Made by a program: the position numbers and the translations under genes | Notes under the pieces: model-generated | What the model saw: the letters and a program-made list of their open reading frames with translations, nothing else | Told to the model about the DNA's origin: nothing | Databases searched by the model: none | From: Octopus sinensis | Lineage: Eukaryota | Length of the DNA stretch: 11,170 nucleotides | Direction: 5' to 3' | Assembly: GCF_006345805.1 (NCBI RefSeq) | Contig: NW_021827051.1 | Span: 1-11,170, forward strand | Shown here: piece after piece, positions 1 through 8,594 of the stretch | Layout: each line of letters begins with the position of its first letter | Position numbering within the stretch: position 1 is the first letter of the stretch

Positions 1-52
1 ACGAAACCAGGAAACTGGGCCCATGAGCCTAGCTAGGCTTTAAAAAGAGCGC
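1..52 (+). mobile_element. 3' tail of a family-A SINE, cut by the window edge
   Basis: gaaactgggcccatgagcctagctaggctttaaaaagagcgc closely matches the tail of the next copy (gaaaccgggcccccgagcctggctaggcttgaaaagggcgc, ~307-347). Confidence 0.75.
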
Positions 53-53
53 C

Positions 54-363
54 GTGGAGGCGCAATGGCCCAGTGGTTAGGGCAGCGGACTCGCGGTCGG
101 ATGATCGCGGTTTCAATTCCCAGACCGGACGTTGTGTGTGTTTATTGAGCGAAAACACCTAAAAGATCTAAGAGCTTCCGGCAGGGGTGGTGGCGACCCC
201 TGTTGTACTCTTTCGCACCAACTTTCTCTCACTCTTTCTTCCTGTTTCTTGAGTAACGCTGCGATGGACTGGCGTCCCGTCAAGCTGGGGGAACACATAC
301 GCTATAGAAACCGGGCCCCCGAGCCTGGCTAGGCTTGAAAAGGGCGCATAAATAATAAAAAAA
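54..363 (+). mobile_element. tRNA-derived SINE, family A, full length
   Basis: Pol III A box TGGCCCAGTGG at 66-76 and B-box-like GGTTTCAATTCC at 109-120. The head and body are shared with 10237-10597. Contains gcgatggactggcgtcccgtc (Meta/V-domain-like, from recall) and an A-rich tail. Confidence 0.85.
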
Positions 364-616
364 CTCATTTCATATATGTATGTATTTGTTTCCATATATA
401 AATCGGTATCTATCAGAACTAGAGACTTCAGTCTAATATTTCTTTATTCATTTCTTAATATCTGTTTTTACTCTAGTATTAATATTCGTATTTTATGGCT
501 ATATTCTTGCTAAGTTTGTATTTGATTACATATTAATAATTTCTACGTTATGGAGTGATCAGTCTGCGTGACTACAAAAGCAATAGATATTTAAATTGAT
601 AAAAGAACTATTTCTG

Positions 617-824
617 TCTATGTATGTGTGCACGTAAGCATGTATGTATATGTGTATATATATAATATATATATATTATATATATATATGAATGAATGTA
701 TATCGATGTATGTACGTATCTGTACGTGTATGTATCTATGTATGTATGGATACGCTTGCAAGTTTCCGTATATATGTATGTATGCATGTGTTCATGTACG
801 TATGTACATATATATCTATATATT

Positions 825-910
<86 letters not shown>

Positions 911-995
911 GTGTGTGTATTTATAAATGTAGGTGTGTATGTATATGCGTATGATTATACGTATGTACCTGCTTATGAATGTTTGTATGTACATA
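617..995. repeat. Compound microsatellite (TATG)n/(TA)n/(TG)n
   Basis: Directly visible, with a long (TG)n run at ~855-918. Confidence 0.95.
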
Positions 996-996
996 T

Positions 997-1393
997 AGGC
1001 GCAAGCGTGGCTGTGTGGTAAGAAGCTTGCTTCCAACCACTTTGTTCCGGTTTCATTCCCACTGCCTGGCTCCTTTGGTAAATGTCTTCTACTATATACT
1101 AGGGCAGGCCAAAGCCTTTGTGAGTGGATTTGGTAGGCGGAAACTGAAAGAAACCCGTTGTATATACATTTATATGTATGTATATGCGTATGTTTGTGTC
1201 TCTGGTTGTCGCCCCACCATCTCTTGAAAACCGATGTTAGTGTCTTTAAATCACCGTAAGTTAGTGGTTCGGCAAAAGAGGGCGATAGAATAACAACTAG
1301 GCTTACAAAGAATAAGTCCCGGTGTCGATTTGTTCTACTAAAGGCGATGCTCCAGAATGGCCGCAGTCGAATGACTGAAACAAATACAAGAAT
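997..1393 (+). mobile_element. tRNA-derived SINE, family B, diverged copy
   Basis: Colinear with 3324-3711: A box tggctgtgtgg, gtgagtggatttggtag.cggaaactgaaagaa, internal TA/TG microsatellite, tail cagtcgaatgactgaaacaa. Confidence 0.9.
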
Positions 1394-1479
1394 ATATAGA
1401 ATATGTTGGTTCTTCGGTTTGCACGATATGTAGGTATTAATGTATAAGCCGTATTCGTATACATATATTATCCTTATAT

Positions 1480-1695
1480 GTATCATGAACTTATCCTTTC
1501 CCCAATACATCTCCCTGCACAGGACGCCAGTCTATTATACGGTTATTTCCCCGCTTTTAGTGATGTTCATTTTCAAATAAGCGTAGAATGGTATTCCCTG
1601 CTGATAAACACTACACACTGCGCAGTTTGATAATTGAAACATATGGACAAACAATTATGAGTCAGACTCCTTAACTACTGGTTAACGCCTTCACT
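1480..1695 (-). mobile_element. Old, degenerate family-A-like SINE
   Basis: The reverse complement starts gtgaaggcgttaaccagtagttaagg (compare gtggaggcgcaatggcccagtggttaggg) and contains agactggcgtcctgtgcaggg (compare ggactggcgtcccgtc). The 3' boundary is uncertain. Confidence 0.55.
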
Positions 1696-1706
1696 GTGTA
1701 TGTATA

Positions 1707-1737
<31 letters not shown>

Positions 1738-1812
1738 CTATTATATATATATATATATATATATATAGATATATATATATATATATATATATCTATATAT
1801 TATATATATAAT

Positions 1813-1848
<36 letters not shown>
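1696..1848. repeat. (TA)n followed by (TG)n microsatellite
   Basis: Directly visible. Confidence 0.95.
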
Positions 1849-1851
<3 letters not shown>

Positions 1852-2172
1852 CGCTGGATTGGCTGTGTGGTAAGTAGCTTGCTACCAACCACATGGGCCA
1901 AATGTCTTCTACTATAGCCTCGGGCCGACCAAAGCCTTGTGAGTGGATTTGGTAGACGGAAACCGAAAGAAGCCTGTAATATATATGTATATATAAATGT
2001 ATGTGTCTGTGTTTATCCTCTCCCCTAGCATCGGTTCGGCAACAGAGACCAATTTATAAGTACTAGGCTTGCAAAAAATAAGTCCTGGAGTCGATTTGCA
2101 CGACTAAAGGCTGTACTCCAGCATGGCCGCAGTCAAATGACTGAAACAAGTAAAAAGAGTAAAAAAAGAATA
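1849..2172 (+). mobile_element. Family-B SINE with internal deletions, B box lost
   Basis: Matches 3324-3711, but jumps accacatgg|gccaaatgtcttc (missing the ggttcagtccc segment) and ctagcatc|ggttcggc. Tail cagtcaaatgactgaaacaagtaaaaagag. Confidence 0.9.
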
Positions 2173-2240
2173 TGAGTGTATAGCTGTGTGTTTACGTATG
2201 TATGCATGTGTGTATATATGTGTGTATGTATGTATATATA

Positions 2241-2447
2241 TTTACTACCCACAAGGGGCTAAACATAGAGAGGACAAACAAGGACAGACATCGACCCCAG
2301 TGCGTAACTGGTACTTAATTTATCGACCCCGAAAGGATGAAAGGCAAAGTCGACCTCGGTGGAATTTGAACCCAGAACGTAACGGCAGACGAAATACGGC
2401 TACGCATTTCGCCCGGTGTGCTAACGTTTCTGCCAGCTCGTCGCCTT
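2241..2447 (-). mobile_element. tRNA-derived SINE, family C
   Basis: The reverse complement reads aaggcgacgagctggcagaaacgttagc...gggttcaaattcc (B box)...gtcgactttgcctttcatcctttcggggtcgataaattaagtaccag. Homologous to 6741-6937. Confidence 0.85.
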
Positions 2448-2515
2448 TGTATGTATGTATATATATGTATGTATGTATTATGTACGTAAGTATGTGTGTG
2501 TGTTTGTATATATAC

Positions 2516-2721
2516 CAGTTGCCGGATTCGTTATAATCTAGGTATATCAACATGTAGAGCGCTAGGATTGGCCGGGTACTGAGCATGCCAGTACGTTGAA
2601 GCACTTTCTTAGTTGCCGTATGTTGGTAAGTATGGCGGATTTTTGCCCTGATGTAATCTAAGAATGCATCAATAACACGTTGCCGAAACAGATGTGCAAT
2701 TTGAAACCCACTTGTGTTCTT
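2516..2721 (-). pseudogene. Possible highly degenerate non-LTR reverse-transcriptase fragment (RT domains 1-2, RTE-like)
   Basis: Minus-strand frames give VSNCTSVSATCY and AFLDYIRAKI...LSTRPILALYMLI. This loosely resembles the RT pattern GISLTSxxAKxY..LL.RIR.KI...RST..IL.L..LI. By-eye similarity only. Confidence 0.3.
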
Positions 2722-2750
2722 TGTATATACATACATATATGTGTGTGTGT

Positions 2751-2789
<39 letters not shown>

Positions 2790-2794
2790 GTGTG
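2722..2794. repeat. (TA)n/(TG)n microsatellite
   Basis: Directly visible. Confidence 0.95.
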
Positions 2795-2814
2795 ATTGTT
2801 TACACATAAGTATA

Positions 2815-3186
2815 TACTCTTTACTCTTTTACTTGTTTCAGGCATGTGACTATGTCCATGCTGCAGCACCGTTTTTAGTCGAGCAAATCGACTCCAGGAC
2901 TTATTCTTTGTAAGCCTAGTACTTATACCATCGGTCACTTTTGCCGAACTGCTAAGTTACGGGGACTTAAACACACCAGCATCGGTTGTCAAGCGATGTT
3001 GGGGGGACAAACATAGACACACACAAACACACACATATATATATACGACGGGCTTCTTTCAGTTTCCGTCTACCAAATCCACTCACAAGGCTTTGGTCGT
3101 CCCGAGGCTATAGTAGAAGACACTTGCCCAAGGTGTCACACAGTGGGACTGAACCCGGAACCATGTGGTTCATAAGCAAGCTACTT
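2815..3186 (-). mobile_element. Family-B SINE, body and 3' part; its head is displaced to 5594-5626 by an insertion
   Basis: Reverse complement of 3324-3711. Homology stops abruptly at aagcaagctactt (3186) and resumes at 5594 with agctacttaccacgcagtcactcctacgcctat. Confidence 0.92.
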
Positions 3187-3323
3187 TATGCCATAAAATT
3201 TGCCTTTACGGCATTACAAAAAGTAGCTTGCGGGCTGGACAGAAACATTAATGAAAAAAAACGTCCGCCGATTTTTCGCTTCTCTAATACATTATTCTTT
3301 TTTTAAAAAATAAAATGAGGTAT

Positions 3324-3711
3324 AGGCGCAGGAGTGGCTGTGTGGTAAGTAGCTTGCTAACCAACCACATGGTTCCGGGTTCAGTCCCACTGCGTGGCAT
3401 CTTGGGCAAGTGTCTTCTGCTATAGCTCCGGGCCGACCAATGCCTTGTGAGTGGATTTGGTAGACGGAAACTGAAAGAAACCTGTCGTATATATGTATAT
3501 ATATAAGTTTGTGTGTCTGTGTTTGTCCCCCTAGCATTGCTTGACAACCGATGCTGGTGTGTTTACGTCTTCGTCACCTGGCGGTTCGGCAAATGAGACC
3601 GATAGAATAAGTACTGAGCTTACAAAGAATAAGTCCCGGGGTCGATTTGATCGACTAAAGGCGGTGCTCCAGCATGGCCGCAGTCAAATGACTGAAACAA
3701 GTAAAAGAGTA
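3324..3711 (+). mobile_element. Family-B SINE, near intact, nested in the 3' UTR of the ORF1-only element
   Basis: A box TGGCTGTGTGG at 3335-3345, B box GGTTCAGTCCC at 3378-3388, internal microsatellite, tail stem-loop cagtc-aaat-gactg followed by aaacaagtaaaagag. Confidence 0.93.
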
Positions 3712-3729
3712 TTAAACCTCTTACTTTGG

Positions 3730-3735
3730 TTTATT
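3730..3735 (-). promoter_or_regulatory. Candidate polyadenylation signal AATAAA of the ORF1-only element
   Basis: TTTATT on the + strand, about 19 nt downstream of the inferred ORF1 stop codon. Confidence 0.45.
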
Positions 3736-3753
3736 ACAAATTTTCCTTTTGTC

Positions 3754-4990
3754 TTAAAAAAGAACGCACAACAATGAGGCAATAAACCTTTTAGCCGGAC
3801 TGAGACACCAAGTCTCTTCAATCATCCCTATCAATTTTCTTGCCGCCTTAAGGCAATCTCTCAGCCGAAAGTCGGGGCACCAAAAGATATAATTGTAATC
3901 TTCCTTCGAACAGGACTCCACTATTCAAAGGAACTCTCTTTCTTTTACCACTAGCGCCGCCACCTGCGACGGCCAATGCTGCTGATCAGTACAGGCCGAG
4001 ATCATTAGGTCCTGACCATCAAGATAGCTCTCAACAGAGTTGTCAACAACCTCTCCCCTAAGATAGAATACCACATATTCTTTACTTTCACTGGGAGGGG
4101 CCACAGCTCCCTCTGTTGGTGACACGATTCAAACCGAAGAGGCCTCAGAACATTCCGACAGTACACTGCATACCTCCGGCACTGTTCCATTCTTTTTTAT
4201 CTTTGGTGCGGGAGAGGTTGGCTCCTTCGCCATAACGGCAGGAACCTCGCTTCCTCCCGCAACCCCGGGATCCCTCGGAGAGCAACCATTGTTTCTCCCC
4301 TTATTCCTTTTTCTTCCCTTTTTTCGAGCGAGGTCACACTCTCCTCCCATCTCTCCTTCCGGAGGAGGGTAGGGGTTCTTCCACAACTAACTGCTCCAGG
4401 AGCCTGATCTGGTCCTTGGGACAGTTCTTCTTAATGTGGCCGGGCTCCAGGCACTGATGACACTGGGTGAGGGCGTCCTTCAAGAATCACTGGATACCTG
4501 GACCCGGCCATCCTCAAAAAATCTGGGAACACCAGATCATCGGTTGATTGGGTCCACAGGGTCAAAACTGCCTTTGACCCCACCCAATTAGCCGCAGGCA
4601 TCATTTAACATTCAAGACCTTGGCTCCGCTGTCATCCAGACCCCGGCGGATAGTATCATCTATCCACTTGGGCTTTATTCCGGATGGCAGCTCACACATC
4701 CAAGCTCTCGTCAATTTCCTCCCATGAAATGTGGGCAGAAACAGAATTTCCTCCCCTTCCAGAGACTGGCTTGCGTTTTTGCGAGTCTGCCCCTCAGGAG
4801 TAACAAATAGCAGCCACACTGCTGCATATTTGACACCCCTTGTAATAAACTTGATGGTTGGCAGGTATTCTGCCAACTCCTTCTCAATATCTACTTGAAA
4901 GAACACAGTGATGGTGTCGAAGGTTTTGGAATATGTCCTCAACACCACCGTTCTCTCATTAAGGTCCTTTACCCACTGATTGGGGGGCAT
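3754..4990 (-). pseudogene. Disrupted ORF1p/Gag-like nucleic-acid-binding protein (~410 codons) with a CCHC zinc knuckle
   Basis: ATG at 4990 opens MPPNQWVKDLNERTVVLRTYSK...FITRGVKY...LPTFHGRKLTR. After frameshifts it reads VILEGRP, then CHQCLEPGHIKKNC (CX2CX4HX4C, 4462-4421), then the basic patch ARKKGRKRNKG. The C-terminal frame continues through an internal TGA (3925-3927) to TAA at 3754-3756. Confidence 0.8.
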
Positions 4991-5593
4991 AATTTCCCAC
5001 TCCAAGACAGTGTTTTTATTTTTTGCTATGCTTTGCAAAAAAAAAAAAAACGCAGGAAAATGTTCAACAAAAAAGTTCGAAATATTCAAATAAAAGTCCG
5101 AAGAAACACAACGAAAGAACAGAAAAACAGAGTAGAGAAAAGGACGAAGGAAGACATTTCCAGCAGGGCAACAGAATTCCGCCACTTAGATCCGCAAATA
5201 ATCCACAGGTAATCCTCCAGAATATTGCTTCACACAGCTACTCCAGTTCAATGTAGTAGCAAAAAAAAAATTCCTTCACGAATGGGTCGAATTTTTATAA
5301 ACTTTTCAAAGTTTGGTAGCGAGACACGCCAACCAAAACAAAACAATTATCATCGCTAAGTGAGTTACCGAGCGCGACTGCAGCAGACAAACGTTCGAGA
5401 CCCAGTGGGGATTTCTTATATGAAAAAAGGAAAAACAATGTCATACAAGAAATTCCCCACTAAGTCCTTAAAAAAAAAGTGCGTACCTTGCAATCACGCC
5501 TCTTCAACAGTTCTTCGATTCAAAACGGCCATCAACGCACGTCTTGACTGTTCAATCCGATAAGCAACTAACAAACACGCATGCGCGTAAGTG

Positions 5594-5626
5594 AGCTACT
5601 TACCACGCAGTCACTCCTACGCCTAT
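5594..5626 (-). mobile_element. Detached 5' head (A-box region) of the family-B SINE at 2815-3186
   Basis: The reverse complement ataggcgtaggagtgactgcgtggtaagtagct matches ataggcgcaggagtggctgtgtggtaagtagct at 3322-3354. Confidence 0.9.
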
Positions 5627-5646
5627 ATGCGTATATTTATATATTA

Positions 5647-6035
5647 CTAGCAGTATCGCCCGGCGTTGCTCAGGTTTGTAAGGGAAATAACTATAAAGCA
5701 TTTTTAGAGAGTTATAGCCAAAAAATAGCAAAAAAATGAAAAAAAAATGATGGTAAATTTTTTTGAGAGTTAAAAAAGCTGGAGTTGCGTCCCCCCCTAG
5801 ACGGTCTGTGGTTTGGGTTTCTCTGATTCTCCGACCCCATGTCGAATTTATCGATTTTTTTCAGAACTGGGGGAACTTTTCAAAATTTTCGCTGCGTTAG
5901 TTTTGAATTATGACATTGGGCTATGTGTGTGTCAAGTTTCATCAGAATCGGTTGAAAGCCGTGGTCAGAGTGAGGGTACGAGAAAACAGACACACAGAAA
6001 ACGCACAGACAAACTGCCGTTTATATAGAGAGAGA
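5647..6035 (-). mobile_element. Non-autonomous Helitron, 389 bp
   Basis: The minus strand starts A|TCTCTCTCTATATAAACGG and ends cctgagcaacgccggg (imperfect GC-rich hairpin, 5659-5674)...CTAG|T. This gives 5'-TC, 3'-CTAG, an A|T target and no TSD. Confidence 0.8.
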
Positions 6036-6142
6036 TACTGGTGATATACAATACACCATATAATATAGTCGCAGCGTTTAAAAGCTCAATTATTAAATAT
6101 ATCTTAAAATTGCAACATGTATTTCTGGACATTGTGATAAGG

Positions 6143-6222
6143 TTTTCTACTTTAGTTACAAGGCTTGCAATTTTAGTGTAATGGCTTTAATCGATTACAT
6201 CGACGCCATTAATTGACTAGGG
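6143..6222 (-). mobile_element. Degenerate 3' fragment of a family-C SINE
   Basis: ttctactttagttacaaggcttgcaatttt resembles the reverse complement of the 6901-6932 tail, and acatcgacgcca resembles acatcgacccca at ~2288. Confidence 0.5.
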
Positions 6223-6264
6223 GCATCTAGAGACAAAACTCCAATAGCAATGCGAACATAAATA

Positions 6265-6305
6265 ATTCTTTCTGTTATAGGCACGAAACCCGAAAGTTTG
6301 GGGAA
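6265..6305 (-). mobile_element. Short 3'-tail fragment of a family-C SINE
   Basis: ctttctgttataggcacgaaacccgaaagtttgggg resembles the reverse complement of ccccaaatttcaagctttgtgcctatagtacaaag. Confidence 0.45.
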
Positions 6306-6471
6306 GAATTATTGCCGGGCATGTTTACCGCACAGTGGCATACATCCGCTACACGAATACATGTTGGTACAAGGGACATGCTCAACTGGCTAAGGTCAAA
6401 CAACTGACAAGCAAATCTGTGGTATTGAGCAGAATATTTGCTGTAGCCCATCTTTTATAGCAAGACAAAGC

Positions 6472-6484
6472 ATTATTGTTGTTG

Positions 6485-6523
<39 letters not shown>

Positions 6524-6666
6524 TATTATTATTATTATTATTATTATTGTTATTGTTATTATTATTATTGTCGTTATTATTATTATTGTTGTTTTTGTAG
6601 TTGTTTTTATTGTTATTATTATTATTATTATCATCATCATTATTATTATCATGATGATTATTATTA

Positions 6667-6727
<61 letters not shown>

Positions 6728-6740
6728 CATCATTATTATT
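6472..6740. repeat. (ATT)n trinucleotide microsatellite with GTT/ATC variants, ~270 bp
   Basis: Directly visible. It explains the poly-N, poly-Y and poly-I ORFs. Confidence 0.97.
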
Positions 6741-6937
6741 AAGTCGAAGAGCTGGCAGAATCGATAACTCGCCGGAGAAAATGCTTTGCATCATTTCTTC
6801 TGGCACTTTAGGTTCTAAGTTCAAATGATGCCAAGATCAACTTTTTTCTTTCACCCTTTCAGGATCGAGAAGAATATGTACCAGTCGAACGCCCCCCCCC
6901 CAAATTTCAAGCTTTGTGCCTATAGTACAAAGTGTAT
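6741..6937 (+). mobile_element. Family-C SINE, diverged
   Basis: aagtcgaagagctggcagaatcg...aagttcaaat...ctttcaccctttcaggatcga...gtaccag aligns with the reverse complement of 2241-2447. Confidence 0.75.
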
Positions 6938-7020
6938 TTTGAAATAAGCAGAATTCACATGGATTTCTTTATACACTTATAGTTAGTACTTAGTAACCAC
7001 TTTAGAAATTAGTGAGGTCT

Positions 7021-7051
7021 CCTTCTCTCTGTCTCTGTCTCTGTCTGTCTG

Positions 7052-7119
<68 letters not shown>

Positions 7120-7143
7120 ACAAGCACACACACACAAGCACAC
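7021..7143. repeat. (CT)n then (CA)n microsatellite
   Basis: Directly visible. Confidence 0.95.
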
Positions 7144-7427
7144 GTACCGACTGAAACGAAGCACTACTCCCACGTCTATTGTGCATAACAATGATTAATT
7201 TTTTGAATATTCATTTTTCTTTAACGTTGAAATTTTCTGAGATTCACTTGTCTAGGTAAATGGGCAATAGCATACGTGATTATTATTTTGTATTAAACTA
7301 AGAAACGTTTAATTAATTAATTAATATTATTACATTATTACCGTCTCTAGTATTAAGAAGAACGCCTTTCTTCTAAGTGATCAATACTGGACAAAAACAA
7401 AGCGGATGGCAACACCGAAATTAGATT

Positions 7428-7905
7428 ACACACACACGCGCATACAAACATACAGATTTACGCACACGTGTATACGTATATATGTCTATATATTCATGTA
7501 TGTACGTGTGTGTATATATATATGTATGCGTGTATATATTCATGTATGTACGTGTATGTGTGTATATATATGTGTATACATATATATATATATACACATA
7601 TATATATAAAAGTGCATACATATACATATGTATGTATATATGTATGTATGTATGTATGTATACACACACGCACATATATATGAGCTTATATTCATCTATA
7701 TATTTTTGTTTCTCTATATACATGCACGTATACCATCACACAGGCACTCAAATATACATATGTATATACACATATAGATATATATATTTATATATATACA
7801 TATCCATCCAAACATATGTATATATATATATATAAATATATACATATGTATGTATACATACACACACACACACACACTATATATATATGTATATATATGT
7901 GTGTG
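7428..7905. repeat. Compound purine-pyrimidine microsatellite (TA/TG/CA/TATG)
   Basis: Directly visible. Confidence 0.93.
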
Positions 7906-8494
7906 GATGTAGCATATACGAAGCTATGTAATCTCCATTAATATTACACACCCAGGAATGAGAACAATAATTTTCTAAATGACAAATTTTGATCAAAGGC
8001 TGTGGAAAACAGTTTAATTTGTTGAAAATATAATTCAAGTAATTAGAATTAATTAACTATAAAACGTAATAGAAAAAGAGTCTGTTGTTTAGCATTGCAG
8101 TCAAAATTGTGTACACGTTTCAGTTTTATTGTAGCTTTTCAGTAAAGAATACTTTTGTCGATATATCAGATCTTAGATTTACAAAAATAAGAAAAAAATT
8201 CATGTATAGTAAACCCTTTGATAAACAGTGATATGACCAGGGAAACTATCCAGGGAAGTCCACTGAGCGGAAACGTAATAGTAAAGTGCGTGCTATCCTA
8301 CTTAACGCACTAAATTAAATTGTTTCTGAATAATTAATGTTTTAGACCGTCTGTAGAATATTAGTGTGTGACCTAATTAGTAGATTATATCGAGTATCTG
8401 ACAATGTCCCTGATACATGATGCCCAACTTTGGCCTGACTTCACCCAAGTGTGCTGCTTAGTGCAACAGGATCTGTGTCACATGAACGGCGATT

Positions 8495-8594
8495 ATACAC
8501 ACACACGTACATACATATACATACGTTCGTTCATACATACATACATACATACATACACACACATACATACATACATACATACATACATACATAC
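8495..8594. repeat. (CATA)n microsatellite, 3' tail or target of the RTE-like element
   Basis: Directly visible. Confidence 0.95.

Larger units (their letters stand above)
3187..5593 (-). mobile_element. ORF1-only (HAL1-like) non-autonomous retroelement, probably L1/Tx1-related, inserted in a SINE head
   Basis: Flanked by the perfect direct repeat AGCTACTT (3179-3186, 5594-5601), extendable to 13/16 matches (3171-3186 vs 5586-5601). It has a ~600-nt 5' UTR, one decayed zinc-knuckle ORF and AATAAA after the stop. No LTRs, TIRs or RT were seen. Confidence 0.75.

Noticed and set aside
54-130. tRNA gene, also considered at 3324, 9552 and 10237
   Set aside because: A and B boxes are present, but I could not build a complete cloverleaf and each continues into a repeated SINE body.
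628-1021. ORFs rich in Y/I/V/C/M, also at 1696-1917, 2680-2913, 7406-7835, 8493-8675 and 9106-9315
   Set aside because: They are translations of stop-poor dinucleotide and tetranucleotide microsatellites.
855-2794. Two (TG)n tracts (855-918, 2740-2794) with the same GG phase shift and GC interruption
   Set aside because: The flanks are unrelated and such interruptions are common in TG repeats or arise as sequencing errors, so there is no evidence of duplication.
824-3777. Recurrent similar peptides (YSRRHLPK, SVYQIHSQ, TKNKS) suggesting a gene family
   Set aside because: They are chance translations of the four family-B SINE copies.
4991-5185. N-terminal 65 aa of the listed 194-aa ORF (4601-5185)
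   Set aside because: It is T-rich, low-complexity sequence (FFFF runs) typical of a 5' UTR. The ATG at 4990 is the more plausible start.
3187-5593. hAT DNA transposon (8-bp TSD) or LTR/DIRS element
   Set aside because: No terminal inverted repeats, no LTRs or TG...CA ends, and no transposase, integrase or recombinase motifs were seen.
6396-6824. Poly-Asn, poly-Tyr and poly-Ile ORFs
   Set aside because: These are reading frames of the (ATT)n microsatellite.
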